A stretch of DNA of 63,339 nt, filler included, from Octopus bimaculoides (Eukaryota), in the NCBI RefSeq assembly GCF_001194135.2. It is 6 parts of 5 records of this genome, joined end to end, with 100 filler letters (N's around TTAATTAATTAA, not from the genome) between each part and the next. Parts side by side here need not be neighbours in the genome. Positions count along the whole stretch, not along the records: positions 59,822 to 63,339 come from NC_068986.1; 5 more parts are not named here. One strand, given 5' to 3'. A program made the translations under genes and the position numbers. Positions 63,151 to 63,339 of this stretch are shown here, piece after piece. The notes under the pieces were generated by a model. That model did not search any database and was not told where the DNA came from. It was given only the letters and a program-made list of their open reading frames with translations. The number at the start of each line of letters is the position of its first letter. Positions within the stretch are counted from its first letter, which is position 1.

Positions 63151-63339
63151 TAATACTCGTTAATAAATGGCAATAAAATAACAGTAGAATGTAAAGAATA
63201 TTTTATGTAAAGTAAAAAGAATGTCAAAATCATATATAATAAAAAATGAGATTATTATTATAAACGTTTTGTAAATCACTTTCATTCGCACTAGACTCGT
63301 ACACACCATCACTTATAGACGCGATCGCCTATTCACAAG

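Overview
This is eukaryotic, AT-rich, gap-riddled scaffold DNA. It is most likely an octopus (Octopus bimaculoides-like) genome, inferred from the tRNA-derived SINE families, the extreme microsatellite load and the gap style. No complete protein-coding gene, rRNA, intact tRNA or CRISPR array is visible. Nearly all ORFs in the track are artefacts of microsatellites or N gaps. The exceptions are transposon fragments: mariner, a DD37D maT-type element, and RTE, CR1 and R4/Dong-like LINEs. The window is mostly interspersed repeats: at least four SINE-like families, non-autonomous Helitrons, and hAT, mariner and pogo MITEs. Two CpG-rich promoter-like islands with strong splice donors lie near 53.7 kb and 56.0 kb. 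A few short candidate exons with good splice signals suggest large-intron genes, but I could not identify them. The most interesting signal is a set of hammerhead-ribozyme-like motifs (about 8.9, 47.6, 51.8 and 58.4 kb) with the minimal, palindromic-stem-III architecture known from Penelope-like retroelements. Several hairpin or palindromic elements and telomere-repeat-carrying elements are also worth a look. Repeat boundaries are read by eye and are approximate.
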